From Longimicrobiales bacterium (GTDB taxonomy: Bacteria > Gemmatimonadota > Gemmatimonadetes > Longimicrobiales > Gaopeijiaceae): a stretch of DNA of 52,694 bases. The notes beneath the pieces were generated by a model. The model was not told where the DNA came from and made no database searches. It worked only from the letters and a program-made list of their open reading frames with translations. Made by a program: the position numbers and the translations under genes. Positions 1 to 9,267 of this stretch are shown here, piece by piece; positions within the stretch are counted from its first letter, which is position 1; the number at the start of each line of letters is the position of its first letter. The stretch spans positions 1-52,694 of the forward strand of contig JAWVZK010000001.1 of NCBI GenBank assembly GCA_033722275.1, in the 5' to 3' direction.

Positions 1-251
1 AGGTCACGCGCCAGCTCGAATCGGGTCGGCAGTCCACCAAGACGCTCTTCAAGAATCCCATGGAGCGGAAGGCCGAGCCCGGAGAGCGCGTGCGCACCCG
101 CATTCTCTCCGAAGATCAGGGGCTGGACTTCGAGATCGCGCTCACGGATCCCCGGGCAGCGGTGAAGCGAGTGCGGATCGCCTACGAGATCCCGGGGGAG
201 GACGGCCGCACCGAGGAGGTCGAGTTCACGTTGGAGAGCGAGAGCCCTTGA
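1..251 (+). CDS. C-terminal end of an unidentified protein; reading frame open to the left window edge
   Basis: Frame 3 has no stop from nt 3 to the TGA at 249-251. Third codon positions are strongly G/C upstream of the first in-window ATG (60), so the gene probably starts outside the window. No family recognised. Confidence 0.5.
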   Translation, partial: VTRQLESGRQSTKTLFKNPMERKAEPGERVRTRILSEDQGLDFEIALTDPRAAVKRVRIAYEIPGEDGRTEEVEFTLESESP

Positions 252-293
252 CACGGGGTCCGGTGGGCCCCGTGTGTCTCGGACGTTTCTTTT
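251..293 (+). terminator. Candidate intrinsic terminator after the first gene
   Basis: 8-bp stem ACACGGGG (251-258) / CCCCGTGT (268-275) with a 9-nt loop. A T-rich stretch GTTTCTTTT follows about 10 nt later (286-293); this spacing is longer than canonical. Confidence 0.35.
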
Positions 294-303
294 AGATTCG
301 GGC

Positions 304-1086
304 ATGAACAAGACCCTCGAACCCGTCCACGCCGTCGGAAGCGGTGCCATCCGCTCGGTGGAGGCCGTCGGGAAGGCGGGGTACCTCGGCCTCGACGCCC
401 TCAAGGCTCTGAGGAAGGTGGACCTCTGGGGCCCGCATCTCGCGTCGCAGATGGCGCGGGTGGGCGTGGAGTCGGTCCCCATCGCTCTCTTCATCGCCAC
501 GTTCACCGGCATCGTCCTCGCCCTGCAGGCTTCGTATACCTTCACCGGAGCCGTGCCCCTCTACTTCGTGGGGACACTGGTGGGGAAGACGATGATCCTC
601 GAGCTCGGGCCCGTCCTCACCGGACTGGCCCTGTCCGGCCGCGTGGGTGCGAACATCGCCGCCGAGATCGGCACCATGCGGGTCACCGAGCAGATCGACG
701 CCCTCGAGACGTTGGCCTACGACCCGGTCGCCTATCTGGTGGTTCCCAGGGTCCTGGCCGGCGCCATCATGTTTCCCATGGTGGTGGTGCTCGCCAACGC
801 CATCGGCATCCTGGCCGGCTGGAGCACGTCTCTGATCCTCCTGGACATGTCGTCGCCGGAGTTCCTGAAGGGACTCCGGCTCTTCTTCGAGGCGTGGGAC
901 GTCCAGTATTCGATGATCAAGTCGGCGAGCTTCGGCATCACCGTGACCTCGGTGGGGTGCTTCTTCGGCTTCCACACCACCGGCGGTGCGGAGGGTGTGG
1001 GGATCTCCACCACGCGTTCGGTGGTGGTGGCGAGCATGATCATCCTCGTGCTCGACGCCTTCTGGGCCGCGACGCTGCTGCAATGA
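304..1086 (+). CDS. mlaE: MlaE/YrbE-family lipid ABC transporter permease
   Basis: Multi-pass membrane protein with the MlaE-type core ...GPVLTGLALSGRVGANIAAEIGTMRVTEQIDALETLA.... ATG 304 is preferred over the track's GTG 274, which sits in the right arm of the upstream hairpin. Confidence 0.88.
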   Translation: MNKTLEPVHAVGSGAIRSVEAVGKAGYLGLDALKALRKVDLWGPHLASQMARVGVESVPIALFIATFTGIVLALQASYTFTGAVPLYFVGTLVGKTMILELGPVLTGLALSGRVGANIAAEIGTMRVTEQIDALETLAYDPVAYLVVPRVLAGAIMFPMVVVLANAIGILAGWSTSLILLDMSSPEFLKGLRLFFEAWDVQYSMIKSASFGITVTSVGCFFGFHTTGGAEGVGISTTRSVVVASMIILVLDAFWAATLLQ

Positions 1087-1832
1087 GCATCGAGCTCGTC
1101 GATATCTACAAGGCGTTCGGCGACAAGGAGGTCCTGAAGGGCTTCTCGGTCAGCATCGAAGATGGCCAGACGACGGCCATCATAGGCGCCTCCGGATCGG
1201 GGAAGTCGGTCACGCTCAAGCACATCGTGGGCCTCCTGCGCCCCGATCGAGGGGACGTCTGGGTCGACGGGGAGAACGTCTCTCGCCTGGATCAGGCGTC
1301 CATCTTCCAGCTTCGCCGTAACGTGGGGTTCGTCTTCCAATTCGCCGCTCTCTTCGATTCCATGACCATCGCCGAGAACGTGGGGATGGGGCTGAGGAGG
1401 ATGGAGGACGTGTCGGAGAGCGAGATCGAGGAGCGGGTGGCGGACTGCCTCGCCCGGGTCAACCTCGCGGGGTACCAGGACCGCTACCCGGCCGAGCTCT
1501 CGGGCGGACAGCGAAAGCGGGTGGGCCTGGCGCGGGCCATCGCCACGGAGCCCAAGTACATTCTCTACGACGAGCCCACCACGGGGCTCGATCCGGTGAC
1601 CAAAGCGGTCATCGACGAGCTCATCATGCGAATGGCGGACGAGCTCGACGTCACCGGCGTCGTCATCACGCACGACATGGACAGCGCCTATCGCATCTCG
1701 GACAGCATCGCGATGCTATATGAAGGCAGGAAGCGATTTCAGGGGACTCCGGACGAGATCAGGAAGACGGACGACCCCGTGGTGAAGGGCTTCATCGAAG
1801 GACGACCCGAGCTGCTGGAGGAAGCCTCATGA
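1083..1832 (+). CDS. mlaF: MlaF-like ABC transporter ATP-binding protein
   Basis: Walker A GASGSGKS, signature LSGGQRKRV, Walker B ILYDEPTTGLD. ATG 1083 overlaps the mlaE stop (ATGA). The track start 894 lies inside mlaE. Confidence 0.92.
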   Translation: MSIELVDIYKAFGDKEVLKGFSVSIEDGQTTAIIGASGSGKSVTLKHIVGLLRPDRGDVWVDGENVSRLDQASIFQLRRNVGFVFQFAALFDSMTIAENVGMGLRRMEDVSESEIEERVADCLARVNLAGYQDRYPAELSGGQRKRVGLARAIATEPKYILYDEPTTGLDPVTKAVIDELIMRMADELDVTGVVITHDMDSAYRISDSIAMLYEGRKRFQGTPDEIRKTDDPVVKGFIEGRPELLEEAS

Positions 1833-2827
1833 CTGGCCGGAAGGAGCTCCTCGTCGGAAGCGTGATCATCATCGCGCTCGCCGTCGCCGTTGGCGGGACC
1901 CTGTGGCTTCAGGGCACCAACTTCGGTCGGCCCACGATCCCGGTGGATGCCCTTTTCGAGTCGGTGGGACAGCTTTCCGAAGGCAACCCGGTGACGTACC
2001 GTGGCGTCCGCATCGGTCAGGTCTCCGACATCGAGGTGGAGGCCGAAGGACTGGTGGTCCGGGTGACGCTCCTCATGGAGCAGGCGGTGCGCCTCCCGGG
2101 CGACGCTGCGGTGGTTCTCGGCCCGGAGTCCCTGTTCGGCGATTGGCAGGCCGAGATCGTCAGCCGGGGCAGCTTTCCGCGGTTCGACTTCTACGAGGTG
2201 CCCGAAGATCAGGCAGAGGACGTGCTGGGTGGGTACGCTCTCCCCGAGATCACGCGGCTGACCGCGTCGGCGGAGCAGATCTCCGACAACCTGGCCGACC
2301 TGACCAATCGGATGGAGCTGGCCTTCAACGAGGAGACCGCCAACAACCTGGCCACGGCCATCGCCAACATCGAGGACATCACCGAGGAGGTCCGGACGCT
2401 CGTGCGACAGCAGGGCGTGGTGGCGGCCAGCATCACCTCCAGCGCCGACAGCGCCCTCGACGAGATGGAGGCGGCGGCCCGGGCGGCCAGGAGCTCCTTC
2501 GAACGAGTGGACGGGGTGCTGGCGGCGGCCGAGGTGGATTCGCTCGTCATCGAGCTCCACGCGGCGGCGTCCGGTGTGCGGAGGCTCTCGGACCAGCTCT
2601 CCAACGACACCACCGGCTTGAGTGCGACCCTCGAGCGAGCCGATTCGGCCTTCGTCCGGATCGACAGGATCGTTCAGGGGTTGGAGGCGGGAGAGGGATC
2701 GCTGGGACGGCTCCTGAACGACACCACCTTCGCGGCTCGGGCGGTGGACGTCCTGGAGACCATGGACCTGCTCCTGGTGGACGTGCGCGAGAACCCCAGA
2801 CGCTACGTACGTCTCTCGATCTTCTGA
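1829..2827 (+). CDS. mlaD: MlaD/MCE-domain protein
   Basis: N-terminal TM helix (LLVGSVIIIALAVAVGGTLWL), MCE domain (GNPVTYRGVRIGQVSDIEVE...), long helical C-terminal region. ATGA overlap with the mlaF stop. Confidence 0.85.
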   Translation: MTGRKELLVGSVIIIALAVAVGGTLWLQGTNFGRPTIPVDALFESVGQLSEGNPVTYRGVRIGQVSDIEVEAEGLVVRVTLLMEQAVRLPGDAAVVLGPESLFGDWQAEIVSRGSFPRFDFYEVPEDQAEDVLGGYALPEITRLTASAEQISDNLADLTNRMELAFNEETANNLATAIANIEDITEEVRTLVRQQGVVAASITSSADSALDEMEAAARAARSSFERVDGVLAAAEVDSLVIELHAAASGVRRLSDQLSNDTTGLSATLERADSAFVRIDRIVQGLEAGEGSLGRLLNDTTFAARAVDVLETMDLLLVDVRENPRRYVRLSIF

Positions 2828-3282
2828 TGGCCGATCCGAGCCCATCGGATCCGGAGAAGGCGACGGTGGAGGAGAGCGCAGGGGGTGTCGTGGTCCGGAC
2901 CATCGAGGGGGTCGTCCACGCCCTTCTGATCCGGGATCCGTACAGGAAGTGGGGCCTTCCGAAGGGACACGGTCGAGGGAGAGAGAGCACTCGGGAGGCG
3001 GCACTCAGGGAGGTTCGCGAGGAGACGGGGCTCGAGGATCTCCGGCTGGGAGCGGAGCTCATCACCATCGATTGGGCGTTCCGCAAGGACGGGCGCCGGA
3101 TCCACAAGTACGCGACCTTCTTCCTGATGTTTTCCGATCGGGGGGAGCCGATCCCCGAGGAGCAGGAGGGGATCACCGAGTGCCGGTGGGTCCCCCTGGA
3201 GGCCGCGCCGGGGGAGATCTCCTACGACAACGCCAGCGAGGTCGCCCGGGTCGCTCGGGAGGTCGTTCTGGGATCCGCGTGA
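2827..3282 (+). CDS. NUDIX hydrolase
   Basis: Nudix box GLPKGHGRGRESTREAALREVREETGL. ATG 2827 shares one nt with the mlaD stop (TGATG). In frame within track ORF 1903..3282. Confidence 0.85.
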   Translation: MADPSPSDPEKATVEESAGGVVVRTIEGVVHALLIRDPYRKWGLPKGHGRGRESTREAALREVREETGLEDLRLGAELITIDWAFRKDGRRIHKYATFFLMFSDRGEPIPEEQEGITECRWVPLEAAPGEISYDNASEVARVAREVVLGSA

Positions 3283-3316
3283 GGGCGTTGCCCGCCTCCG
3301 GGGACCCGTTAGACTT

Positions 3317-4333
3317 GTGGCCGAAATGGCAGAAGACATCCAGGATATCACGATCATCGGCGGCGGTCCCACGGGGCTCTTCGCCGCCTTCTACTCGGGC
3401 ATGCGCGGCGCCTCGTGCCGCATCGTCGACTCGCTTCCGGAGCTCGGTGGCCAGCTGACCGCGCTCTACCCCGAGAAGTACATCTTCGACGTCGGAGGCT
3501 TCCCGAAGATCCTCGCCAAGGACCTGGTGAGGAACCTCGTGGCGCAGGCCATGCAGTTCGCTCCCGACGTCGTGCTGGACGAGCAGGTACGCGACCTGGA
3601 GCGGAGGGAGGACCATTTCGTCCTGCGGTGTGCCGACGGCAGCTATCGGACGCGGACCGTGGTCATCGCCGGTGGCAAGGGCGCGTTCGAGCCCATGCCG
3701 CTCCGGTGTCCGGGCTACGCCGAGCTGATGCATGCCGGGATCGAGTACTCCGTCCGTGATCCGGAGGCGTATCGCGACAAGCGCCTCCTGGTCGTCGGGG
3801 GCGGGGACACGGCGCTGGACTTCGTCCTCATGCTGAAGGATGTGGTGACGTCCCTCGTCCTGGTCCATCGACGGGACGGCTGGAGGGCCCACGAGTCCTC
3901 CGTGGCCCGCATGCAGGAGGCCGCGAGGAACGGAGAGATCGACCTGAAGACTTTCTATGAGGTGAGGGAGATCCACGGAGACGACCGGGTCGAGAGGGTG
4001 ACGATCTTCGACAACCGCACGGACGAGGAGACGACGGTGGAGTGCGATGCTCTCCTGTCGTGTCTCGGCTTCAAGCCCGACCTGGGCCCCATCAAGAGGT
4101 GGGGCATCGAGGTCGAGAAGAACCGCATCAAGGTGGATGCCCTCATGGAGACGGCGATCCCGGGCGTCTACGCGGCGGGTGACGTCATCGACTACGAGGG
4201 CAAGCTGGACCTCATCGCCACGGGATTCGCCGAGGCCGCCGTCGCCGTGAACAACGCCGTCCACCGCGTCGATCCCAGCGCACGCGTGAATCCGGGCCAT
4301 TCGACGAACATGAAGATCTTCAAGGAACGCTAG
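3317..4333 (+). CDS. Thioredoxin-reductase-like ferredoxin-NADP+ reductase (YumC type)
   Basis: IIGGGPTG FAD motif and [13 protein letters not shown](P)H motif. N-terminus ...GGQLTALYPEKYIFDVGGFPKI... is typical of TrxR-type FNR. No CxxC redox pair. GTG 3317; alternative ATG 3326. Confidence 0.82.
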   Translation: MAEMAEDIQDITIIGGGPTGLFAAFYSGMRGASCRIVDSLPELGGQLTALYPEKYIFDVGGFPKILAKDLVRNLVAQAMQFAPDVVLDEQVRDLERREDHFVLRCADGSYRTRTVVIAGGKGAFEPMPLRCPGYAELMHAGIEYSVRDPEAYRDKRLLVVGGGDTALDFVLMLKDVVTSLVLVHRRDGWRAHESSVARMQEAARNGEIDLKTFYEVREIHGDDRVERVTIFDNRTDEETTVECDALLSCLGFKPDLGPIKRWGIEVEKNRIKVDALMETAIPGVYAAGDVIDYEGKLDLIATGFAEAAVAVNNAVHRVDPSARVNPGHSTNMKIFKER

Positions 4334-4369
4334 GCCGGCACGTCCCGGCCCTGGAAGGAGAGAAGCGCA

Positions 4370-5389
4370 ATGAGTGAGAGCGACGCCCGCCGGCACGAGA
4401 AGGTCGTCATCGTCGGTTCCGGACCCGCTGGATGGACCGCGGCCATCTACGCCGCCCGCGCCGAGCTCCAGCCTCTCGTCCTGGAGGGCTCCATCAGCAA
4501 GACCATGATCCCGGGCGGCCAGCTCATGTGGACCACCGAGGTGGAGAACTACCCCGGCTTCAAGGAGGGCGTGGACGGACAGACCCTCATGATGGAGATG
4601 AAGGAGCAGGCGCTCCGGTTCGGAACCCGTGTTCTGACCGAGGAGGTCGAGACCATCGGCATCGACGACCGTCCCTTCCGCCTCACGACCACGACGGGCA
4701 CCGAGATCCTCGCCGACGCGGTGGTCGTGGCCACCGGAGCCAACGCCAAGTGGCTCGGTTTGGCCAACGAGGAGCGTCTGGCCCAGTCGGGGGGCGGCGT
4801 GAGCGCCTGTGCGGTCTGTGACGGCGCCTTGCCCCACTTCCGTGACCAGGTGCTGGCCGTGGTGGGCGGGGGGGACACCGCCATGGAGGATGCCCTGTAC
4901 CTGACCAAGTTCGCCCGCGAAGTGGTGGTCATCCACCGCCGCGACGAGCTCCGGGCCTCGGCCATCATGGCGGAGCGGGCCCTGGAGAACGAGAAGATCC
5001 GCTTCGAGTGGAACGCGGTCGTCACGGAAGTCTACGGCGACGACGTCATCACCGGGGTGCGCCTCCGGGACACCCTCACCGGTGAGGAGCGGGACCTCGA
5101 GGTGGGCGGGATGTTCGTGGCCATCGGCCACAAGCCCAACACCGACTTTCTGGAGGGCGTGGTTAAGCTGAAGCCCAACGGTTACGTCGAGACCCCCATA
5201 CCGTGGAGGACGCAGACGTCGGTGCCGGGGATCTTCGCGGCCGGCGACGTCATGGACGACTACTATCGTCAGGCGGTGACCGCGGCCGGGACGGGTTGCA
5301 TGGCCGCGCTGGAAGCGGAGCGGTGGCTGGCCCACGGAGGGGCCGAAGCCGACGTCAAGGTAGAAGAGGGAGCCACCGTCGGCGACTGA
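4370..5389 (+). CDS. trxB: Thioredoxin-disulfide reductase
   Basis: VGSGPAG and [12 protein letters not shown] motifs plus the redox-active CAVCDG. About 20 extra C-terminal residues. Confidence 0.9.
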   Translation: MSESDARRHEKVVIVGSGPAGWTAAIYAARAELQPLVLEGSISKTMIPGGQLMWTTEVENYPGFKEGVDGQTLMMEMKEQALRFGTRVLTEEVETIGIDDRPFRLTTTTGTEILADAVVVATGANAKWLGLANEERLAQSGGGVSACAVCDGALPHFRDQVLAVVGGGDTAMEDALYLTKFAREVVVIHRRDELRASAIMAERALENEKIRFEWNAVVTEVYGDDVITGVRLRDTLTGEERDLEVGGMFVAIGHKPNTDFLEGVVKLKPNGYVETPIPWRTQTSVPGIFAAGDVMDDYYRQAVTAAGTGCMAALEAERWLAHGGAEADVKVEEGATVGD

Positions 5390-5419
5390 GCCCCAGGCGG
5401 ACGGCCGGGCGGCACCCGG

Positions 5420-6217
5420 TCATCCCTCGTCCTCGGACGACTCGGGCGGTCCCAGCAGCCGACCGCCGTCCACCACCAGCACCTGCCCCGTCACGAAGTC
5501 GGCGCCCACGAGGTACAAGACCGCTTCCACGACGTCCTGCGGGTCTCCCGTCTTCTTCAAGGCGGCTCGCTCGGCCCGCCTTTCCCAGCGCCCGGCCGAC
5601 CAGTCGTCGGGCGCCAGCACCGCGCCAGGCGCGATGGCGTTGACGCGGACCGCCGGGCCGTAGGCGCGGGCCTGGACGCGGGTGAGATGTGCCAGGGCCG
5701 CCTTGGACACGGAGTGATGGGGGTACGACACCCAGGGGTGGAACGCCGAGAGATCGGTGATGTTCACGACCGAGCCTTCCGACGCCGTCAGGAGGTCCGC
5801 GGCCGCCCGGACCAGGAGGTGCGGCCCGCGCACGTTGAGAGCCATGACGTCGTCCCACTCCGAGGCGTCCACGTCGGAGAGAGGGAGAGATCGGAAGGAA
5901 GCGGCGGAGTTCACCACCACGTCGAGGCGCCCGAAGCGCTCCCGGGTCGCGGCGACGACGTCTCCAGGCCCCTCCGCCGTCGACAGGTCGGCGCACACCC
6001 GGTGGCAGAGGACGCCATGGTCGCGGATCTCCTGGCAGGTACGGACCGCTTCGTCCCTCGACGAACGATAGCTGATGGCCAAGTCGTGACCGGCCTCGGC
6101 CAGGGCCAGCGCGATGGCTCGCCCCAAGCGCACCGCGCCCCCGGTCACCAGAGCCACCGGCCGGGGGCTCTCCGCCTCCGCCGTGTGGCTTTTATCATCA
6201 CTCATCGCCAGACTCAC
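5420..6217 (-). CDS. SDR-family oxidoreductase, pteridine-reductase/FolM-like
   Basis: Rossmann motif VTGGAVRLGRAIA, NSAA, and YPHHSVSK (YxxxK). The overall pattern resembles PTR1/FolM-type SDRs; the subfamily assignment is tentative. Confidence 0.78.
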   Translation of the reverse strand: MSLAMSDDKSHTAEAESPRPVALVTGGAVRLGRAIALALAEAGHDLAISYRSSRDEAVRTCQEIRDHGVLCHRVCADLSTAEGPGDVVAATRERFGRLDVVVNSAASFRSLPLSDVDASEWDDVMALNVRGPHLLVRAAADLLTASEGSVVNITDLSAFHPWVSYPHHSVSKAALAHLTRVQARAYGPAVRVNAIAPGAVLAPDDWSAGRWERRAERAALKKTGDPQDVVEAVLYLVGADFVTGQVLVVDGGRLLGPPESSEDEG

Positions 6218-6270
6218 TCTGCGGGGCTCGGTCCCGTGGAATCATCGATACGAACGAGGAATGGGATCCG

Positions 6271-6981
6271 ATGCCGAATCTCACAGGCAAGGTCGCGATC
6301 GTGACGGGGAGCACCAAGGGGATCGGCCTGGCCATCGCCGAGCGCATGGTGAACGAAGGGGCCCACGTGGTCGTCACGGCCCGGACCGAGTCCGACGTGG
6401 ACACGGTGGCGCGGCGGTTGGGAGAGAACGCCGTCGGCATCGTCAGTGACGTGTCCGATCCGGCGTCGTGCGAGGATCTCGTGGCGACGACGGTGGAGCG
6501 CTTCGGCCGCCTCGACGTCCTCGTGAACAACGCCGGCGTGGGGATCTTCAAGCCGATCTCGGAGATGTCCGTCGAGGAGTGGCGGAGACAGGTGGACGTC
6601 AACCTCGGCGGGGTCTTCTACTGCTCGAAAGCGGCTCTTCCCCATCTGAGCGACACGGGCGACGGCTTCATCATCAACATCGGCTCACTGGCGAGCCGGA
6701 ACACGTTCTCCGGCGGGACCGGCTACAACGCGAGCAAGTTCGGCCTCCTGGGCATGACCGAAGCGATGATGCTGGATGTCCGGTATGAGGACGTGCGGGT
6801 CTCCATCGTCATGCCCGGAAGCGTGAACACCCCGTTCAACGACAACGAGACGTCGCCGGAGCGGGGGTGGAAGCTCGAGCCCGACGACTGCGCGCTGGCG
6901 GTCATGCAGCTCCTCGAGTACCCGAAGGAAGCCCACGTCAGCCGGATCGAGATGCGGCCGGCGCAGCCGAAGAGGAGGTAG
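6271..6981 (+). CDS. SDR-family oxidoreductase
   Basis: [18 protein letters not shown] and YNASK motifs. Divergent from the preceding SDR across a 53-nt spacer. Confidence 0.85.
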   Translation: MPNLTGKVAIVTGSTKGIGLAIAERMVNEGAHVVVTARTESDVDTVARRLGENAVGIVSDVSDPASCEDLVATTVERFGRLDVLVNNAGVGIFKPISEMSVEEWRRQVDVNLGGVFYCSKAALPHLSDTGDGFIINIGSLASRNTFSGGTGYNASKFGLLGMTEAMMLDVRYEDVRVSIVMPGSVNTPFNDNETSPERGWKLEPDDCALAVMQLLEYPKEAHVSRIEMRPAQPKRR

Positions 6982-6985
6982 GGCC

Positions 6986-8380
6986 GTGTCTGAGAGCTAC
7001 CGCATCGAGAGAGACTCCCTCGGCGAGATGAAGGTTCCCGAAGACGCGCTCTACGGCGCCCAGACCCAGAGGGCCAAGGAGAACTTCCCCATCAGCGGCC
7101 GGGGCTTCGATCGCCGGTTCATCCGGGCGTTGGGACTCATCAAGAAGGCGGCGGCCGAAAGCAATGGAGCGCTGGGCCATCTCGACGGCGCTCTCGCCGA
7201 CGCCATCGCCACGGCCGCCGGGGAGGTGGCCGCTGGACGCTGGGACGATCACTTCGTGGTCGACATCTACCAGACGGGCTCGGGGACGTCGACCAACATG
7301 AACGCCAACGAGGTCATCGCCCGGCGCGCCAGCCAGCTCCTCGAAGGAGGGGGAGAGGTCCACCCCAACGACCACGTGAACTTCGGGCAGTCGTCCAACG
7401 ACGTCATTCCCACGGCGATTCACGTGTCGGCCCGTGTCGCCGTCGCGGAGGACCTCGTCCCCGCGCTGGAGCGTCTCCGAGCGGCCTTGGCCGAGAAGGC
7501 CGAGACCTTCGACGACGTTGTCAAGTCGGGGCGGACGCACCTGATGGACGCGACGCCCGTGCGGCTCGGTCAGGAGTTCGGCGGATACGCGACGCAGGTG
7601 GCCAAGGCCATCGAGCGGGTCGAGGCGGCGGCGGAGGAGCTGCAGGAGCTCGCTCTCGGGGGAACGGCCACCGGCACCGGTATCAACACCGATCCGGGCT
7701 TCGCCTCCAGGACCATCGAAGGGATCTCCGCCGCCTGCGGCATCCTCTTCACGGAGGCGGGGAACCACTTCGAGGCGCAAGGAGCGAAGGACGCGGCCGT
7801 GAGCCTCTCGGGCGCTCTCAACACGGTGGCGACGAGCTTCATGAAGATCGCCGACGACATCCGCTGGCTGGGCTCGGGGCCCACGTCGGGCCTCTACGAG
7901 ATCAGCCTCCCGGCCATCCAGCCGGGGTCGTCGATCATGCCGGGGAAGGTCAACCCGGTCATGTCCGAGGCCATGATGATGGTTTGCGCCCGGGTCATGG
8001 GAAATCATACGACGGTGACGGTGGCGGGGAGCCGGGGCAACTTCGAGCTGAACGTGATGATGCCCGTGCTCGCCCAGGCGCTCCTGGAGTCGATCCACCT
8101 TCTGGGCGCCATCGCCCGGGAGTTCACGGACCGGTGCGTGGCGGGGATCCAGGCGAACGAGGAGCGCGCGCGCGAGCTCCTGGAGAAGAACCCGTCCATC
8201 GCAACCGCGCTGAATCCGTACATAGGCTACGACAAGGCCGCCGAGGTAGCCAAGGAGGCGGCGAAGCGGGGTGTCAGCGTTCGCGAGGTCGTGCTGGAGA
8301 AGGGACTCCTCTCCGAGGAAGAGATCGACGCGGCGCTGGACGTGCGGTCCATGACCGAGCCGGGCCTCCCGGATACGTAG
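6986..8380 (+). CDS. fumC: Class II fumarate hydratase (fumarase/aspartase family)
   Basis: N-terminal ...[25 protein letters not shown]... and the family signature [17 protein letters not shown] favours fumarase over aspartase. GTG start. Confidence 0.82.
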   Translation: MSESYRIERDSLGEMKVPEDALYGAQTQRAKENFPISGRGFDRRFIRALGLIKKAAAESNGALGHLDGALADAIATAAGEVAAGRWDDHFVVDIYQTGSGTSTNMNANEVIARRASQLLEGGGEVHPNDHVNFGQSSNDVIPTAIHVSARVAVAEDLVPALERLRAALAEKAETFDDVVKSGRTHLMDATPVRLGQEFGGYATQVAKAIERVEAAAEELQELALGGTATGTGINTDPGFASRTIEGISAACGILFTEAGNHFEAQGAKDAAVSLSGALNTVATSFMKIADDIRWLGSGPTSGLYEISLPAIQPGSSIMPGKVNPVMSEAMMMVCARVMGNHTTVTVAGSRGNFELNVMMPVLAQALLESIHLLGAIAREFTDRCVAGIQANEERARELLEKNPSIATALNPYIGYDKAAEVAKEAAKRGVSVREVVLEKGLLSEEEIDAALDVRSMTEPGLPDT

Positions 8381-8542
8381 CGGCTCGGGACATCCACACG
8401 GGCGCTCAGGTCCCGTCGACGGGGTCCGTCAGGGGAGATGGGATGGGGTACAAAAAACGAGTGACGGCAGATGCAAGCACCTACCGCCACTCTTGGCACG
8501 CCCCCCCAGGGCGTGTTGCCCACCTGTGCTAGCGTGGGACTT

Positions 8543-8582
8543 TGTGCCGGCTGGACGACCGAAGTCGAACCGAACCGGCACA
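8543..8582 (-). other. Stem-loop immediately 3' of the orphan gene
   Basis: TGTGCCGG (8543-8550) pairs with CCGGCACA (8575-8582). It starts 5 nt after the stop at 8587-8589. No U-tract follows, so this is not a canonical terminator. Confidence 0.3.
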
Positions 8583-8586
8583 AATC

Positions 8587-9033
8587 TCAAGCTGTCTTCC
8601 TTGCTTCGTCCAACTCGAAAATCTTCTCGTCTGGTACATCTGCAAAAGGCATGCCACCATGCGGAATCACGCGGGTGACATCCCCGTCGGCATACAGCGG
8701 GTATGCCCACTTACCGAACCGAACAACCTGAATTAACGTCGGTTCGGTTGAAGTTACAAGGGTTTCGATTCGTTCGGTGATCGACCGCCAGACCCGATCG
8801 ACCAGCGACATGCGCTCCGAGACCGAGTCGGACCACAGCGCCAGGCGGATGCTCTTCCGCTCCTGCACGGACATCGGCCGCACGATTCGGCGGTGTCCTC
8901 GGAACGTATGGGAGAGCAGGAACGCGACGGCTTCCGCCTCGGGAACCGGGTCGACCCGGTGATCGTGGTAGCCCGGTGTCTTCACTCGACGTCCGTCGCT
9001 GAGGTCAATGTATCCGTCTGCCGCTACGCGCAT
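8587..9033 (-). CDS. Hypothetical protein (148 aa) in a low-GC islet; no family recognised
   Basis: It is the C-terminal third of the artefactual 459-aa track ORF 8587..9966. ATG at 9033-9031 is preceded by GGAGGA 6 nt upstream. Composition is far lower in GC than the flanks. Sequence: MRVAADGYIDLSDGRR...KIFELDEARKTA. Confidence 0.6.
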   Translation of the reverse strand: MRVAADGYIDLSDGRRVKTPGYHDHRVDPVPEAEAVAFLLSHTFRGHRRIVRPMSVQERKSIRLALWSDSVSERMSLVDRVWRSITERIETLVTSTEPTLIQVVRFGKWAYPLYADGDVTRVIPHGGMPFADVPDEKIFELDEARKTA

Positions 9034-9224
9034 CGTGTCCTCCACTCTGTTCACGCAGCCACTCCTGGGGGTGGCGCCGTGCCGCAACCGAGGTGGAAGA
9101 GCCGTGCCGCGCCGGGAGCGTGGGTGTGGGGAGCGCGGTCCGTCGTCTATAAGCGCTTGTGGAGCAAGGCCTTGAGCGCACAGCGCATTGTGTTTCCTTG
9201 GTGGGTCGGGTCGCGAATCCGCCC

Positions 9225-9230
9225 TACAAT
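9225..9230 (+). promoter_or_regulatory. Possible -10 element (TACAAT) upstream of nfo
   Basis: Near-consensus TACAAT lies 38 nt upstream of ATG 9268. No convincing -35 at 17-nt spacing, so this is weak. Confidence 0.2.
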
Positions 9231-9267
9231 TCTTCCGCTTGCGGCAAACATTTCCCCGGATCCATCC

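Noticed and set aside
274-303. GTG 274 as the mlaE start (the ORF-track coordinate)
   Set aside because: The codon lies in the right arm of the hairpin that follows the upstream gene. ATG 304 gives an MlaE of typical length. It is kept as an alternative only.
8429-8731. Small ORFs in the low-GC islet (8429..8710 minus, 8471..8731 plus, 8493..8678 plus, 8542..8736 plus)
   Set aside because: They overlap each other and the better-supported 148-aa gene. They have no SD sites and implausible composition. The 8381-8586 part is more likely structured non-coding sequence.
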